A stretch of DNA of 64,000 bases from assembly GCA_017407835.1 (NCBI GenBank), contig JAFQVV010000027.1, positions 3,414 through 67,413 of the forward strand. Direction: 5' to 3'. Below the pieces are notes generated by a model. That model ran no database searches. It saw only the letters and a list, made by a program, of their open reading frames with translations, and was not told the origin of the DNA. The stretch's first letter is position 1; each line of letters starts with the position of its first letter. The stretch is from Clostridia bacterium (GTDB taxonomy: Bacteria; Bacillota; Clostridia; Oscillospirales; CAG-272). The translations under genes and the position numbers were made by a program. Shown one piece after another: positions 56,826 through 64,000 of the stretch.

Positions 56826-58565
56826 TTATTTCAAAATGGTGTCAAATCCGCTTGTTCCATAAGTATAGGGCAGAGAAATTGTAAATGTGCGAGAACCGGC
56901 GACCACAATTTCTTTGGTTGTTTCAGCTTCCTGCAGATATTTGCTGTAGGAGTAGGCGCCGACCACGTGCTTATAGTTGTAGTCGCCGACAGGCCAAAGG
57001 ACAACGGGGGCGGCGGCGGCTTTGTAAACACTAAGCGTACCATAGGAGCCGGAAGAGCCATTGCTGTATCCATGATGCGAGGTTTGGATAAAATCACTCT
57101 TGAGATAGTCGCCAAATGCGTGATAAAGGATAGCGCAGGCCAGTTCATCCGCATCGCCCAAAATCAGGAAACGCTGACCGCCCAACGTGATGGAGAACGC
57201 AAGTGAAGCGGTATTAAGATCGGAAAAGGTTTGAGGAAGGATATCTTCCTGTGTGTAAAGAATTTCAAGTACGGCATCGCGCAGGTAGAGCTTTTGACCG
57301 GTGTGCGCGGTCAGGAATTTTGATCCTGCAAAGTACTTTTGGGCATTGGTTACAATGGATGAAACCCCATTGGGGGAGACACCTCCCTCAATAAAATCGG
57401 ACGTGGGGAAATTGCCAATGACCAGTTCAACATTGACTTTTTTTCCGTAAACTTCACTGAAGCGGTAATAAGCACCGTGATGGTCGCCGTGTCCGTGAGT
57501 AATGAGCCATGCGGCGATGGTGATGTTTTCGGGATCGGGTGCATTGTTCTTCATATATCGGTAGAGTGTTTGCGTGTCATGCACATTGTTGAAGCCGCCG
57601 TCAACGATAATGTAGCTGCCATCGGCGAGCTGCCATACAAAAGACATACCGTTTTGCAGATCAGATTGGGACTCCAAGCCGATCATGGTAAATTTCGGTT
57701 CAACTGCCTTCTGATAGGTGTTTTCCGCTTCGGTAATCGGCAATGTGGTGCGAGGTTCGATGGTGATGCGGGTTTCTTCCTTGTGTGCATAATAAGCCAG
57801 GTTAACCACATACGCATCGGTAACATATGTAGAGAACTTGTTCTCGGCAATGTTGTTCTGTGCGTACTCGGTATAGCCGTTCGCCTTCAGTGCATTAAGA
57901 TATGTGTCGTAGGCAGAAGCATTGGTTTCTTCAAAAATCAAAAGTCGAACATCCTTGGTGGAGGTATAGATGGAATCCAAGCTGCCGTTGGGATAAATAG
58001 GCAGGGTGTTTACCCCTTCAATTGCGGTGTCGGTTACTTGAAAATTACCCGGCAATGAGAAATTCCCATCGGTAGCGGAAGCGATCATTTCATCGGCCAG
58101 TTCGGTGATGGCGCGGGACAGACCGTCGGCACTCCATGCGTTGATGACGAGCTTGTTGCCATCTGCCTTGATAATGAAGTCACCGTAGGTGAGGGTATCC
58201 AGTGCATTGCTCGATTCGCTGTATGCAGTCCGACCGATCAGAATTTCGAATGTAGAATGATCGTAGTCGCTTCCGGGCTTAATCCAGTCGGTTGCCAGTA
58301 TCGGTGACACACCGGTGTACTGTGCGATGAGTTTGCGGAGCCGCGAAGCGGCTTCGACCGTGGCCTGGTCGGCATTATCGGGGCGAACAATCGTATAGTT
58401 GGCAACTCCGTCCTTGACAATATCGATTTCGGAAGGAATCGGAGGAGTTGTTTCCGTTGCTGTCGTATCGGTGGTGTCGGGGGGATTGGGGGTGTCGCCG
58501 TTACATGCAGAGAGAGCCAAAGCAGCAATCAGCAGAAGGGCGAGCAGGGTAAACAAGCGCTTCAT
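56826..58565 (-). CDS. MBL-fold lipoprotein, paralog 3 of 4
   Basis: 579 aa. Lipobox ALSAC. Motifs THGHGDHHGAY, ILGDAD and SHHGY. Confidence 0.82.
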   Translation of the reverse strand: MKRLFTLLALLLIAALALSACNGDTPNPPDTTDTTATETTPPIPSEIDIVKDGVANYTIVRPDNADQATVEAASRLRKLIAQYTGVSPILATDWIKPGSDYDHSTFEILIGRTAYSESSNALDTLTYGDFIIKADGNKLVINAWSADGLSRAITELADEMIASATDGNFSLPGNFQVTDTAIEGVNTLPIYPNGSLDSIYTSTKDVRLLIFEETNASAYDTYLNALKANGYTEYAQNNIAENKFSTYVTDAYVVNLAYYAHKEETRITIEPRTTLPITEAENTYQKAVEPKFTMIGLESQSDLQNGMSFVWQLADGSYIIVDGGFNNVHDTQTLYRYMKNNAPDPENITIAAWLITHGHGDHHGAYYRFSEVYGKKVNVELVIGNFPTSDFIEGGVSPNGVSSIVTNAQKYFAGSKFLTAHTGQKLYLRDAVLEILYTQEDILPQTFSDLNTASLAFSITLGGQRFLILGDADELACAILYHAFGDYLKSDFIQTSHHGYSNGSSGSYGTLSVYKAAAAPVVLWPVGDYNYKHVVGAYSYSKYLQEAETTKEIVVAGSRTFTISLPYTYGTSGFDTILK

Positions 58566-58613
58566 AAGGGATCCTCCTGAGTTTTTTGTGCAAATATAAG
58601 GAAAGTACTCTAA

Positions 58614-58642
58614 TTATAGCAAACATGATCATGTTTGTCAAT
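58614..58642 (-). promoter_or_regulatory. Consensus promoter TTGACA-17-TATAAT for paralog 3
   Basis: Read on the reverse complement. Confidence 0.7.
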
Positions 58643-58701
58643 GCCTTTGGTTTAACATCATTATGTTTGTTTTTTAACGATGTAAGCTTTCTTTAACAGC
58701 G

Positions 58702-58735
58702 AAGCGGTGCTTGGCAAAGATGCCAAGCACCGCTT
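58702..58735 (-). terminator. 15-bp hairpin after paralog 4 (AAGCGGTGCTTGGCA-AAGA-TGCCAAGCACCGCTT)
   Basis: Read directly. The T-run is on the plus-strand side only. Confidence 0.5.
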
Positions 58736-58743
58736 TTGGGGGA

Positions 58744-60495
58744 TTATTTGATGATGGATTCATAGCCGCTGGTACCGACGGTGTAGGGGAGTATGAATCG
58801 AATATTGCGTGAACCGGCAACGAAGATCTCTTTCGTAGTACCCAATTCCTGTAGATGCAGGCTCTGTGCGCGTGTGTTCATGCCGGCATAATCCAGTGCG
58901 CCGAGCGGCCAGAGGACAACGGGGGAGGCGGCAAGATCATAGACTGCCGTTACGCCCTGGTAGGCCGAGGAGCCGGTGGTGTAGCCGTGATGTGCTGCGT
59001 GAATGATGTCGCTTTTGAGATAGTCGCCGTACATTTGAGATGTGATTGTGCAGGCATCATTGGAAGCATCGCCCAAAATTAAGAATTGCTGACCGCCGAT
59101 TTTCATGGTGAAAATCAGCGATGAGGTGTTGAAATAGGAGAGAACACCCGGAGCGAAGCTTTCGAGCGTATAGAGTATCTCAATTTCGGCATCGCGAATG
59201 TAGAACTTGTGTCCCACATGGGTTTTGATAAATTCCGCATCTTGGTAGTTGTCAAGATACTTCATGATTTTGTGGCCGAGGTTGCCTTCGGTGCCGAGAC
59301 CGCCTTCTTCACGTGCTTCGTCACTGGGGAAATTGCCGATCACGCACTCTAACGTCACACGGTTGGCATAGGTTTCGCTGAATGCAAAGTAGGCGCCGCT
59401 GTGGTCACCATGAGAATGGGTAAAAATCCATGCGGCGATGGTGATGTTGTTTTTGTCGGGGGCGTGCTCGTACATATAGTCATAGAGCGCTTTGGCATCT
59501 CGCGCACGGTTGAAGCCGCCGTCGGCGATAATATAGCTGCCGTCGGCGAGCTGCCAGATAAAGCAGAGGCCGTTTTGCGCAAGTTCTTCTTCGTACATGT
59601 ACTCAAGTCCAAGCATGGCAAAGCTGGGGTCCATCACCTTTGTATATTGATTGTCGGCCGAAAGCGCGGGCAGGGTGCTTCGAGGCTCGATGATGCTGCG
59701 TGATTCTGTGGCGTAATCATAGTAACCTGCGTTGATCACATAATCATCGGTAATATAGGTGGCAAATTTGTTGTCGGTAATTTCATTTTCGGTATAAAGC
59801 GAAAAACCCTCTTTTACCAGTTTGGCGCAGTAAGCATCGTATGCTTCACGCGTGGTATCCCTGATGAGAAGCAGTTGGTTGTCATCGCCTGCGTGATAAA
59901 CCGTGCTGAATGTACCTCCTTCATAGAAGGGAAGGGCGTTTGCTGTTTCGCTGTCGGTTCCGGTCATTCGGATATTGGAAGGAAGCGAGAAGCTGCCGTC
60001 TGAAGCCGTTTTGATGAGCTGTACCGTAAATTCCGAGATTGCCCGATCAAGCGCCGGCTGACTCCAGGCGTTGATGACAATTTTGTTGCCGATCGCCGTA
60101 ATGATGTAGTCCCCGTAAGGGATTCCTTCCAGTGCCTGTGCAGATTCGGGATGAAGGGTATTGCCGATCAGAATTTCATGTGCGGCGGCATCCGGTTCTT
60201 CGCCGCGTTTGGTCCAGTCGGTGGAAATCTTAGGGAAGATGCCGGTATATTCCTTGATGCTTTGGGCGACAAGTACAGCGGCATCAATGGTGTTTTGGTT
60301 TGCATTTTCGGGACGTACGACGGTATAATTGGCAACGCCGTCTTGGACAATTGCAATATCCCTGACAGGCGTTTCGGTTTCGTTGATGAGGGGAGATGAA
60401 GTGTCGGGGGGATGGGGATGATTGCTGTCTCCGCATGCGGCCAGAAGAGACAGGCACAAGGCAAGCAGAATGAGCAGGGTGTGTGTACGGTTCAT
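58744..60495 (-). CDS. MBL-fold lipoprotein, paralog 4 of 4
   Basis: 583 aa. Lipobox LLAAC. Motifs THSHGDHSGAY, ILGDAS and AHHGY. Confidence 0.82.
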   Translation of the reverse strand: MNRTHTLLILLALCLSLLAACGDSNHPHPPDTSSPLINETETPVRDIAIVQDGVANYTVVRPENANQNTIDAAVLVAQSIKEYTGIFPKISTDWTKRGEEPDAAAHEILIGNTLHPESAQALEGIPYGDYIITAIGNKIVINAWSQPALDRAISEFTVQLIKTASDGSFSLPSNIRMTGTDSETANALPFYEGGTFSTVYHAGDDNQLLLIRDTTREAYDAYCAKLVKEGFSLYTENEITDNKFATYITDDYVINAGYYDYATESRSIIEPRSTLPALSADNQYTKVMDPSFAMLGLEYMYEEELAQNGLCFIWQLADGSYIIADGGFNRARDAKALYDYMYEHAPDKNNITIAAWIFTHSHGDHSGAYFAFSETYANRVTLECVIGNFPSDEAREEGGLGTEGNLGHKIMKYLDNYQDAEFIKTHVGHKFYIRDAEIEILYTLESFAPGVLSYFNTSSLIFTMKIGGQQFLILGDASNDACTITSQMYGDYLKSDIIHAAHHGYTTGSSAYQGVTAVYDLAASPVVLWPLGALDYAGMNTRAQSLHLQELGTTKEIFVAGSRNIRFILPYTVGTSGYESIIK

Positions 60496-60553
60496 TTTAA
60501 CCTCCTGAAGGGATAAATTGCGGCATATTGTTTTATTTTCCTACATAATAAAT

Positions 60554-60582
60554 ATTATACTAAATAAGCGTTTTACTGTCAA
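60554..60582 (-). promoter_or_regulatory. Consensus promoter TTGACA-17-TATAAT for paralog 4
   Basis: Read on the reverse complement. Confidence 0.7.
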
Positions 60583-60645
60583 CCGTTCATGCGCAAAATC
60601 TTTAATTCAGCATTTTTATATTTGAAAGGAAATTTGCAAAAAAGC

Positions 60646-60674
60646 TTGCAATCTGTCGGAATTTACTGTATAAT
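60646..60674 (+). promoter_or_regulatory. Promoter TTGCAA-17-TATAAT for the zinc-ribbon membrane protein gene
   Basis: Read directly. Confidence 0.65.
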
Positions 60675-60721
60675 AAATTTGCATATATTGCAAAAATCGA
60701 TTCAATCAGGAGGAACTCACG

Positions 60722-61177
60722 ATGGCTTTTTGTACGAAATGCGGTACCGAATTGCCGGCTGAAGCGAAGGCTTGTCCCAACTGCGGAACAATGATTGCCG
60801 AAGAAGGGGTACAGTCCAATCCCGTCCCCCAACCCGAAGCACCTGCTTCGCCCGCGGCCGCCGATCATACGGCGGAGTTTGATGCAAAGGACATTGCAGA
60901 CAACAAGGTGATGGCGGTGCTTGCGTATATTGGGATCCTTGTTTTGATTCCTCTTCTGGTTTCGCCTGCCAAGGATTCGCCTTTTGTCCGATATCATGTC
61001 AACTTTGGTCTGATTCTTTGGATCGGCGGGATGATTTCGGGTTTGCTGTCCGTGGTATGCATTGGTGTAATCACGGGGATCATTTGCCTTGTTCTTGCCA
61101 TTATGGGCATTGTCAACGCGGCGAACGGTACGGCAAAGGACTTGCCTATCATCGGGAAAATCCGTCTGCTTAAATAA
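60722..61177 (+). CDS. Zinc-ribbon + DUF4870-like small membrane protein
   Basis: N-terminal CTKCG...CPNCG zinc ribbon. C-terminal AVLAYIGILVLIPLL...FVRYHVNFGL membrane module. Confidence 0.75.
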   Translation: MAFCTKCGTELPAEAKACPNCGTMIAEEGVQSNPVPQPEAPASPAAADHTAEFDAKDIADNKVMAVLAYIGILVLIPLLVSPAKDSPFVRYHVNFGLILWIGGMISGLLSVVCIGVITGIICLVLAIMGIVNAANGTAKDLPIIGKIRLLK

Positions 61178-61183
61178 GCGGAC

Positions 61184-61220
61184 AAAAACGGGCGACTGCT
61201 TTGTGCAGTTGCCCGTTTTT
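61184..61220. terminator. Bidirectional terminator (ACGGGCGACTGC/GCAGTTGCCCGT flanked by A5 and T5)
   Basis: Lies between convergent genes; one G-U pair. Confidence 0.8.
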
Positions 61221-61226
61221 GTGTTG

Positions 61227-62069
61227 TTATTTGTATCGACGCCCGGTCTGCTCCAGATAGAGGTGCGCAGGCAGTGTCCAGTCGGTTTGGATGATATCAT
61301 AGCCGCGATCAGCCAGCCACCCCCAACCAAGGTCGGGATCTTTGGTCATCGAGATGTCATCCGAGTGTCCGGCGGCGAGAACGGCAGTGTAGTTGTAAAC
61401 GATTGCATTTGCCCAAAGCAGCAGCCCTTTTCGGTGCATGGCTTCAATATATTCAGGCTGTGCGGTCGGACTTTGCTCGGTACGGAAAAGCACTTCTGCT
61501 CCTACCAGATTGATGTTCATTTCGCGCAGCAGATCGGTGCATTCATCAATTTCGCTGATGATGGGCATGTAGGGCAGGTCGGGGGCGATTTCTTCGACCA
61601 TCTTAAACCATTTTTCCTGTGCCGATGTTTTCACGATGACCTGATCGCGTAATCCGTGACGGCGGATAGCGGCTGTAATTTCGGGCATGGCGGTCCAGAA
61701 TTTGTCGATGTTAATGATACAGCGCCCCTTGAGCAGCTCAAACACATCATCAATGCTGCTGACGCTGTATGCGGTTGGCGTTTGATCCTGATTGACATAA
61801 GTGAGATGGGCGGCTTCCTCTGCCTGCATATCTTTAATCTGTACGTCGGATTTCAGATGTGCTCGCTCCATACCCGGGTGGAATACATAGAGCTGACGGT
61901 CGGCAGTGACGGCGATATCGATTTCAACGATATCCGCTCCTTGACGAAGTGCGATTTCGTATGCTTCGAGGGTATTGCAGGGAATGTTTCCTCCCGCCAC
62001 GCCGCGGTGTGCTGCCAAAAGTACGCGTTCGGCAGCGGCAGTACGCAAATCTGTTTTGTTCATGATCAC
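61227..62069 (-). CDS. Glycerophosphodiester phosphodiesterase family protein
   Basis: LLAAHRGVAGGNIPCNTLEAYEIALRQGADIVEIDIAVTADRQLYVFH is a typical GDPD N-terminal motif. Confidence 0.85.
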   Translation of the reverse strand: MIMNKTDLRTAAAERVLLAAHRGVAGGNIPCNTLEAYEIALRQGADIVEIDIAVTADRQLYVFHPGMERAHLKSDVQIKDMQAEEAAHLTYVNQDQTPTAYSVSSIDDVFELLKGRCIINIDKFWTAMPEITAAIRRHGLRDQVIVKTSAQEKWFKMVEEIAPDLPYMPIISEIDECTDLLREMNINLVGAEVLFRTEQSPTAQPEYIEAMHRKGLLLWANAIVYNYTAVLAAGHSDDISMTKDPDLGWGWLADRGYDIIQTDWTLPAHLYLEQTGRRYK

Positions 62070-62147
62070 ACCTCTTTTTCGGTTGATGAATAAATCGTTG
62101 CGTTTGGTTAATTCTATCTATAAGCATAGCATAAACTTTTTCCAAAG

Positions 62148-62162
62148 TCCATAATTTATGGA
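62148..62162. promoter_or_regulatory. Perfect 7-1-7 palindrome TCCATAA-T-TTATGGA upstream of the rubrerythrin promoter
   Basis: Read directly. It ends 18 nt before the -35. The 7-1-7 layout is that of Fur/PerR-family boxes, but the sequence differs from the consensus boxes I recall. Confidence 0.4.
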
Positions 62163-62180
62163 AATATTTTTCGAATTTCC

Positions 62181-62209
62181 TTGACAATATGATATTTATT
62201 CTATATAAT
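62181..62209 (+). promoter_or_regulatory. Consensus promoter TTGACA-17-TATAAT for rubrerythrin
   Basis: Read directly. Confidence 0.72.
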
Positions 62210-62264
62210 CAGAGTGGAACAATCCCCAAATTATAATACAACAATTTTTTAGGAGGAAGTTACT

Positions 62265-62804
62265 ATGGAATTCAAAGGAAGCAGAACCGAAGCAAATCTT
62301 ATGGCCGCATTTGCAGGCGAATCCCAGGCACGCAACAAGTACACCTACTACGCATCCAAGGCCAAGAAGGATGGCTATGAGCAGATCGCCGCACTCTTTA
62401 CCGAGACTGCCGAAAATGAGAAGGAGCACGCAAAGATCTGGTTCAAGCTGCTCCATGACGGCGGCATTCCCGACACCATGGCCAACTTGGCCGACGCTGC
62501 CGCCGGCGAGCACTACGAGTGGACCGATATGTACGCTACCTTCGCCCGTGAGGCAAAGGAAGAGGGCTTCGATCACATCGCGTTCCTGTTCGAAGAGGTT
62601 GCCAAGATCGAGAAAGAACACGAGGAGCGCTATCGCCGCCTGCTGGCCAACATCGAGGAGGGCATCGTCTTCTCCCGTGATGGCGACACCATCTGGAAGT
62701 GCCGCAACTGCGGTCACATCGTGATCGGTAAGCAGGCCCCCGAGGTTTGCCCCGTCTGCGCGCATCCCAAGTCCTACTTCGAGATCAAGGCTGAGAACTA
62801 TTGA
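62265..62804 (+). CDS. rbr: Rubrerythrin
   Basis: Di-iron ExxH motifs ([16 protein letters not shown]) and a C-terminal rubredoxin CRNCG...CPVC. Confidence 0.95.
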   Translation: MEFKGSRTEANLMAAFAGESQARNKYTYYASKAKKDGYEQIAALFTETAENEKEHAKIWFKLLHDGGIPDTMANLADAAAGEHYEWTDMYATFAREAKEEGFDHIAFLFEEVAKIEKEHEERYRRLLANIEEGIVFSRDGDTIWKCRNCGHIVIGKQAPEVCPVCAHPKSYFEIKAENY

Positions 62805-62822
62805 TTTTATCTGCTGATCCTG

Positions 62823-62860
62823 ATGGCGTGCCGTGCTTTTTTGCACGGTACGCCATTTTG
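62823..62860 (+). terminator. Rho-independent terminator (14-bp stem ATGGCGTGCCGTGC/GCACGGTACGCCAT + TTTT)
   Basis: Read directly. Confidence 0.85.
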
Positions 62861-62952
62861 TATGATTTACAAACTATCCATATTTGCGGGGCAAACATAT
62901 TGTATAATGGAGACAGAAGGATTTGACTTGCGTTGAAAGGGGATGGAGGCGG

Positions 62953-63465
62953 ATGAAGAAATTTGTGATATGGGTAATGATCGGCGTACTGCTGTTGTCC
63001 GCTGCCGTGGCTACTGCCATGTGTACGAGAGATAATGACGATGTCCGTCGGACATACGATGAACTGCAGGCAATTGCGGCGAATTGTCAGGCGAATATTT
63101 CCGATCAATATTTTAGCGGCTGCTATTTTGAAGATGCGCAGACCGATCCGCGACTCTATGTTCTGCTGACCGATTTGTCCGCTGCCCCCGAGATCAAAAA
63201 CGAGCGGGTCAAATTTTGCGAAGTGAAATATTCACTGAAAGAACTCGAAGCGTATCAGGATGCAGTTTGGTCGTATTATCTGGATAAAGGCTGTTGCGAA
63301 GCATGGATCGCAGTGAAAGAAAATAAGGTGCAATTTGGTTTTGAAAAAGGAACCGATGTAAGCGCGTTGTATGCGTTGATTCCGAAGGATGCGGTTGAAT
63401 ATCATTTTCCGGGGGAAGGGGACAGGATTGAGCTTGTATCCGACACCACAAAAGATGGAAATTGA
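62953..63465 (+). CDS. Small secreted or lipid-anchored protein of unknown function
   Basis: MKKFVIWVMIGVLLLSAAVATAMC signal sequence. The ATG at 62953 follows GGAGGC. No motif recognised. Confidence 0.6.
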   Translation: MKKFVIWVMIGVLLLSAAVATAMCTRDNDDVRRTYDELQAIAANCQANISDQYFSGCYFEDAQTDPRLYVLLTDLSAAPEIKNERVKFCEVKYSLKELEAYQDAVWSYYLDKGCCEAWIAVKENKVQFGFEKGTDVSALYALIPKDAVEYHFPGEGDRIELVSDTTKDGN

Positions 63466-63541
63466 TGTAAAATAGGGGAGCCAGGCGAGGGCGCACGGCT
63501 TCCCTTTTGGCATTTCTGACCGATGAACCTTATGCGGCATC

Positions 63542-63570
63542 TTGACAAAAAAGCGGGATAATGGTACAAT
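63542..63570 (+). promoter_or_regulatory. Promoter TTGACA-17-TACAAT with TGn extension
   Basis: Read directly. Confidence 0.65.
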
Positions 63571-63600
63571 GCAGGAAGAGATCGATAAAGGAGTGATATT

Positions 63601-64000
63601 GTGCTGACCGAAACCGCGCCTGCATCATCCCCGGGCATGACTGCCGATTATATCCTGTGCACCGCCCTTGACGTGGGAGAGGGATTGCTCAAAAACGGCG
63701 CTACCGTTCATCGCACCGAGGATACGGTGGAGCGAATTTGCCGCGCTTTCGGTGCTGTGCACGTGGAGGTGTTCTGTATTCCTTCGCTGATTCTTGCCGC
63801 TGTGCGCATGGCGGACGGTACATATTCCTCACAAAACCGCCGAATTCATGCCAGCGCAAATAATTTCTATCGTTTGGATCGCTTCAATACCGTGTCCCGC
63901 GGGCTGTGCAGCGGTCAGATTACACTTGAGCAAGCACAGGCGGAAATGCAGGCTATCAAGCGCAGTGATGCCTATCCCGCATGGATGCAGTACATAGGTA
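63601..64000 (+). CDS. Threonine/serine exporter (ThrE/YjjP, DUF1212) family protein, 3' end beyond the window
   Basis: Absent from the ORF track because no stop is reached. The frame is open from the GTG at 63601 (AAGGAG 7 nt upstream) to the window end. LDVGEGLLKNGATVHRTEDTVERICRAFG matches the ThrE N-terminal module. Confidence 0.7.
   Translation, partial: MLTETAPASSPGMTADYILCTALDVGEGLLKNGATVHRTEDTVERICRAFGAVHVEVFCIPSLILAAVRMADGTYSSQNRRIHASANNFYRLDRFNTVSRGLCSGQITLEQAQAEMQAIKRSDAYPAWMQYIG

Noticed and set aside
60602-61330. 242-aa minus-strand ORF
   Set aside because: It spans a promoter, the zinc-ribbon gene (antisense), a bidirectional terminator and the 3' end of the GDPD gene, so it cannot be a single transcription unit.

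Overview
This is a 64-kb chromosomal segment that looks like a Gram-positive, probably spore-forming Clostridia genome. That assignment is inferred from gene content: an SLH S-layer protein, a SPOCS/LysM morphogenetic protein, split transketolase, a V-type ATPase and AGGAGG ribosome-binding sites. I support about 45 protein genes and found no rRNA, tRNA, CRISPR, transposase or integrase.

Gene order, left to right:
- V-type ATPase operon I-K-E-C-F-A-B-D (5' end cut by the window edge)
- MBOAT + DHHW acyltransferase pair
- split transketolase
- paaK-iorA-iorB plus a separately promoted ACT-domain gene
- BspA-type LRR lipoprotein
- ybaK-vanZ-like-gyrB/parE-like operon (minus strand)
- GTP-dependent PEP carboxykinase
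- small membrane protein
- a 1579-aa SLH S-layer protein
- SPOCS(DUF3794)+LysM protein
- RlmI-like methyltransferase
- ROK glucokinase
- a 12.6-kb, seven-gene surface/ABC cassette
- alaS
- LysR regulator overlapping a short formyltransferase
- four tandem paralogous MBL-fold lipoprotein genes
- zinc-ribbon membrane protein, GDPD phosphodiesterase, rubrerythrin, a small secreted protein, and the 5' part of a ThrE-family gene

Most worth following up:
1. The ABC cassette at 35.4-48.1 kb. It has one giant binding protein with duplicated CBM-like modules, two MalFG-type permease pairs, an NHL-TPR-Yip1 membrane protein and a 1019-aa DUF5696-like exoprotein. It has no ATPase, regulator or recognisable glycosidase.
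2. The four-copy MBL lipoprotein array, in which each copy has its own near-consensus promoter and hairpin.
3. A family of structured intergenic repeats whose hairpins are preserved by compensatory changes.
4. Several long structured leaders.

Nearly every transcription unit carries a TTGACA/TTGCAA-17-TATAAT promoter. Many long ORFs in the six-frame track are antisense shadows of real genes and were rejected. All calls rest on reading the sequence and translations by eye; no database search was run.
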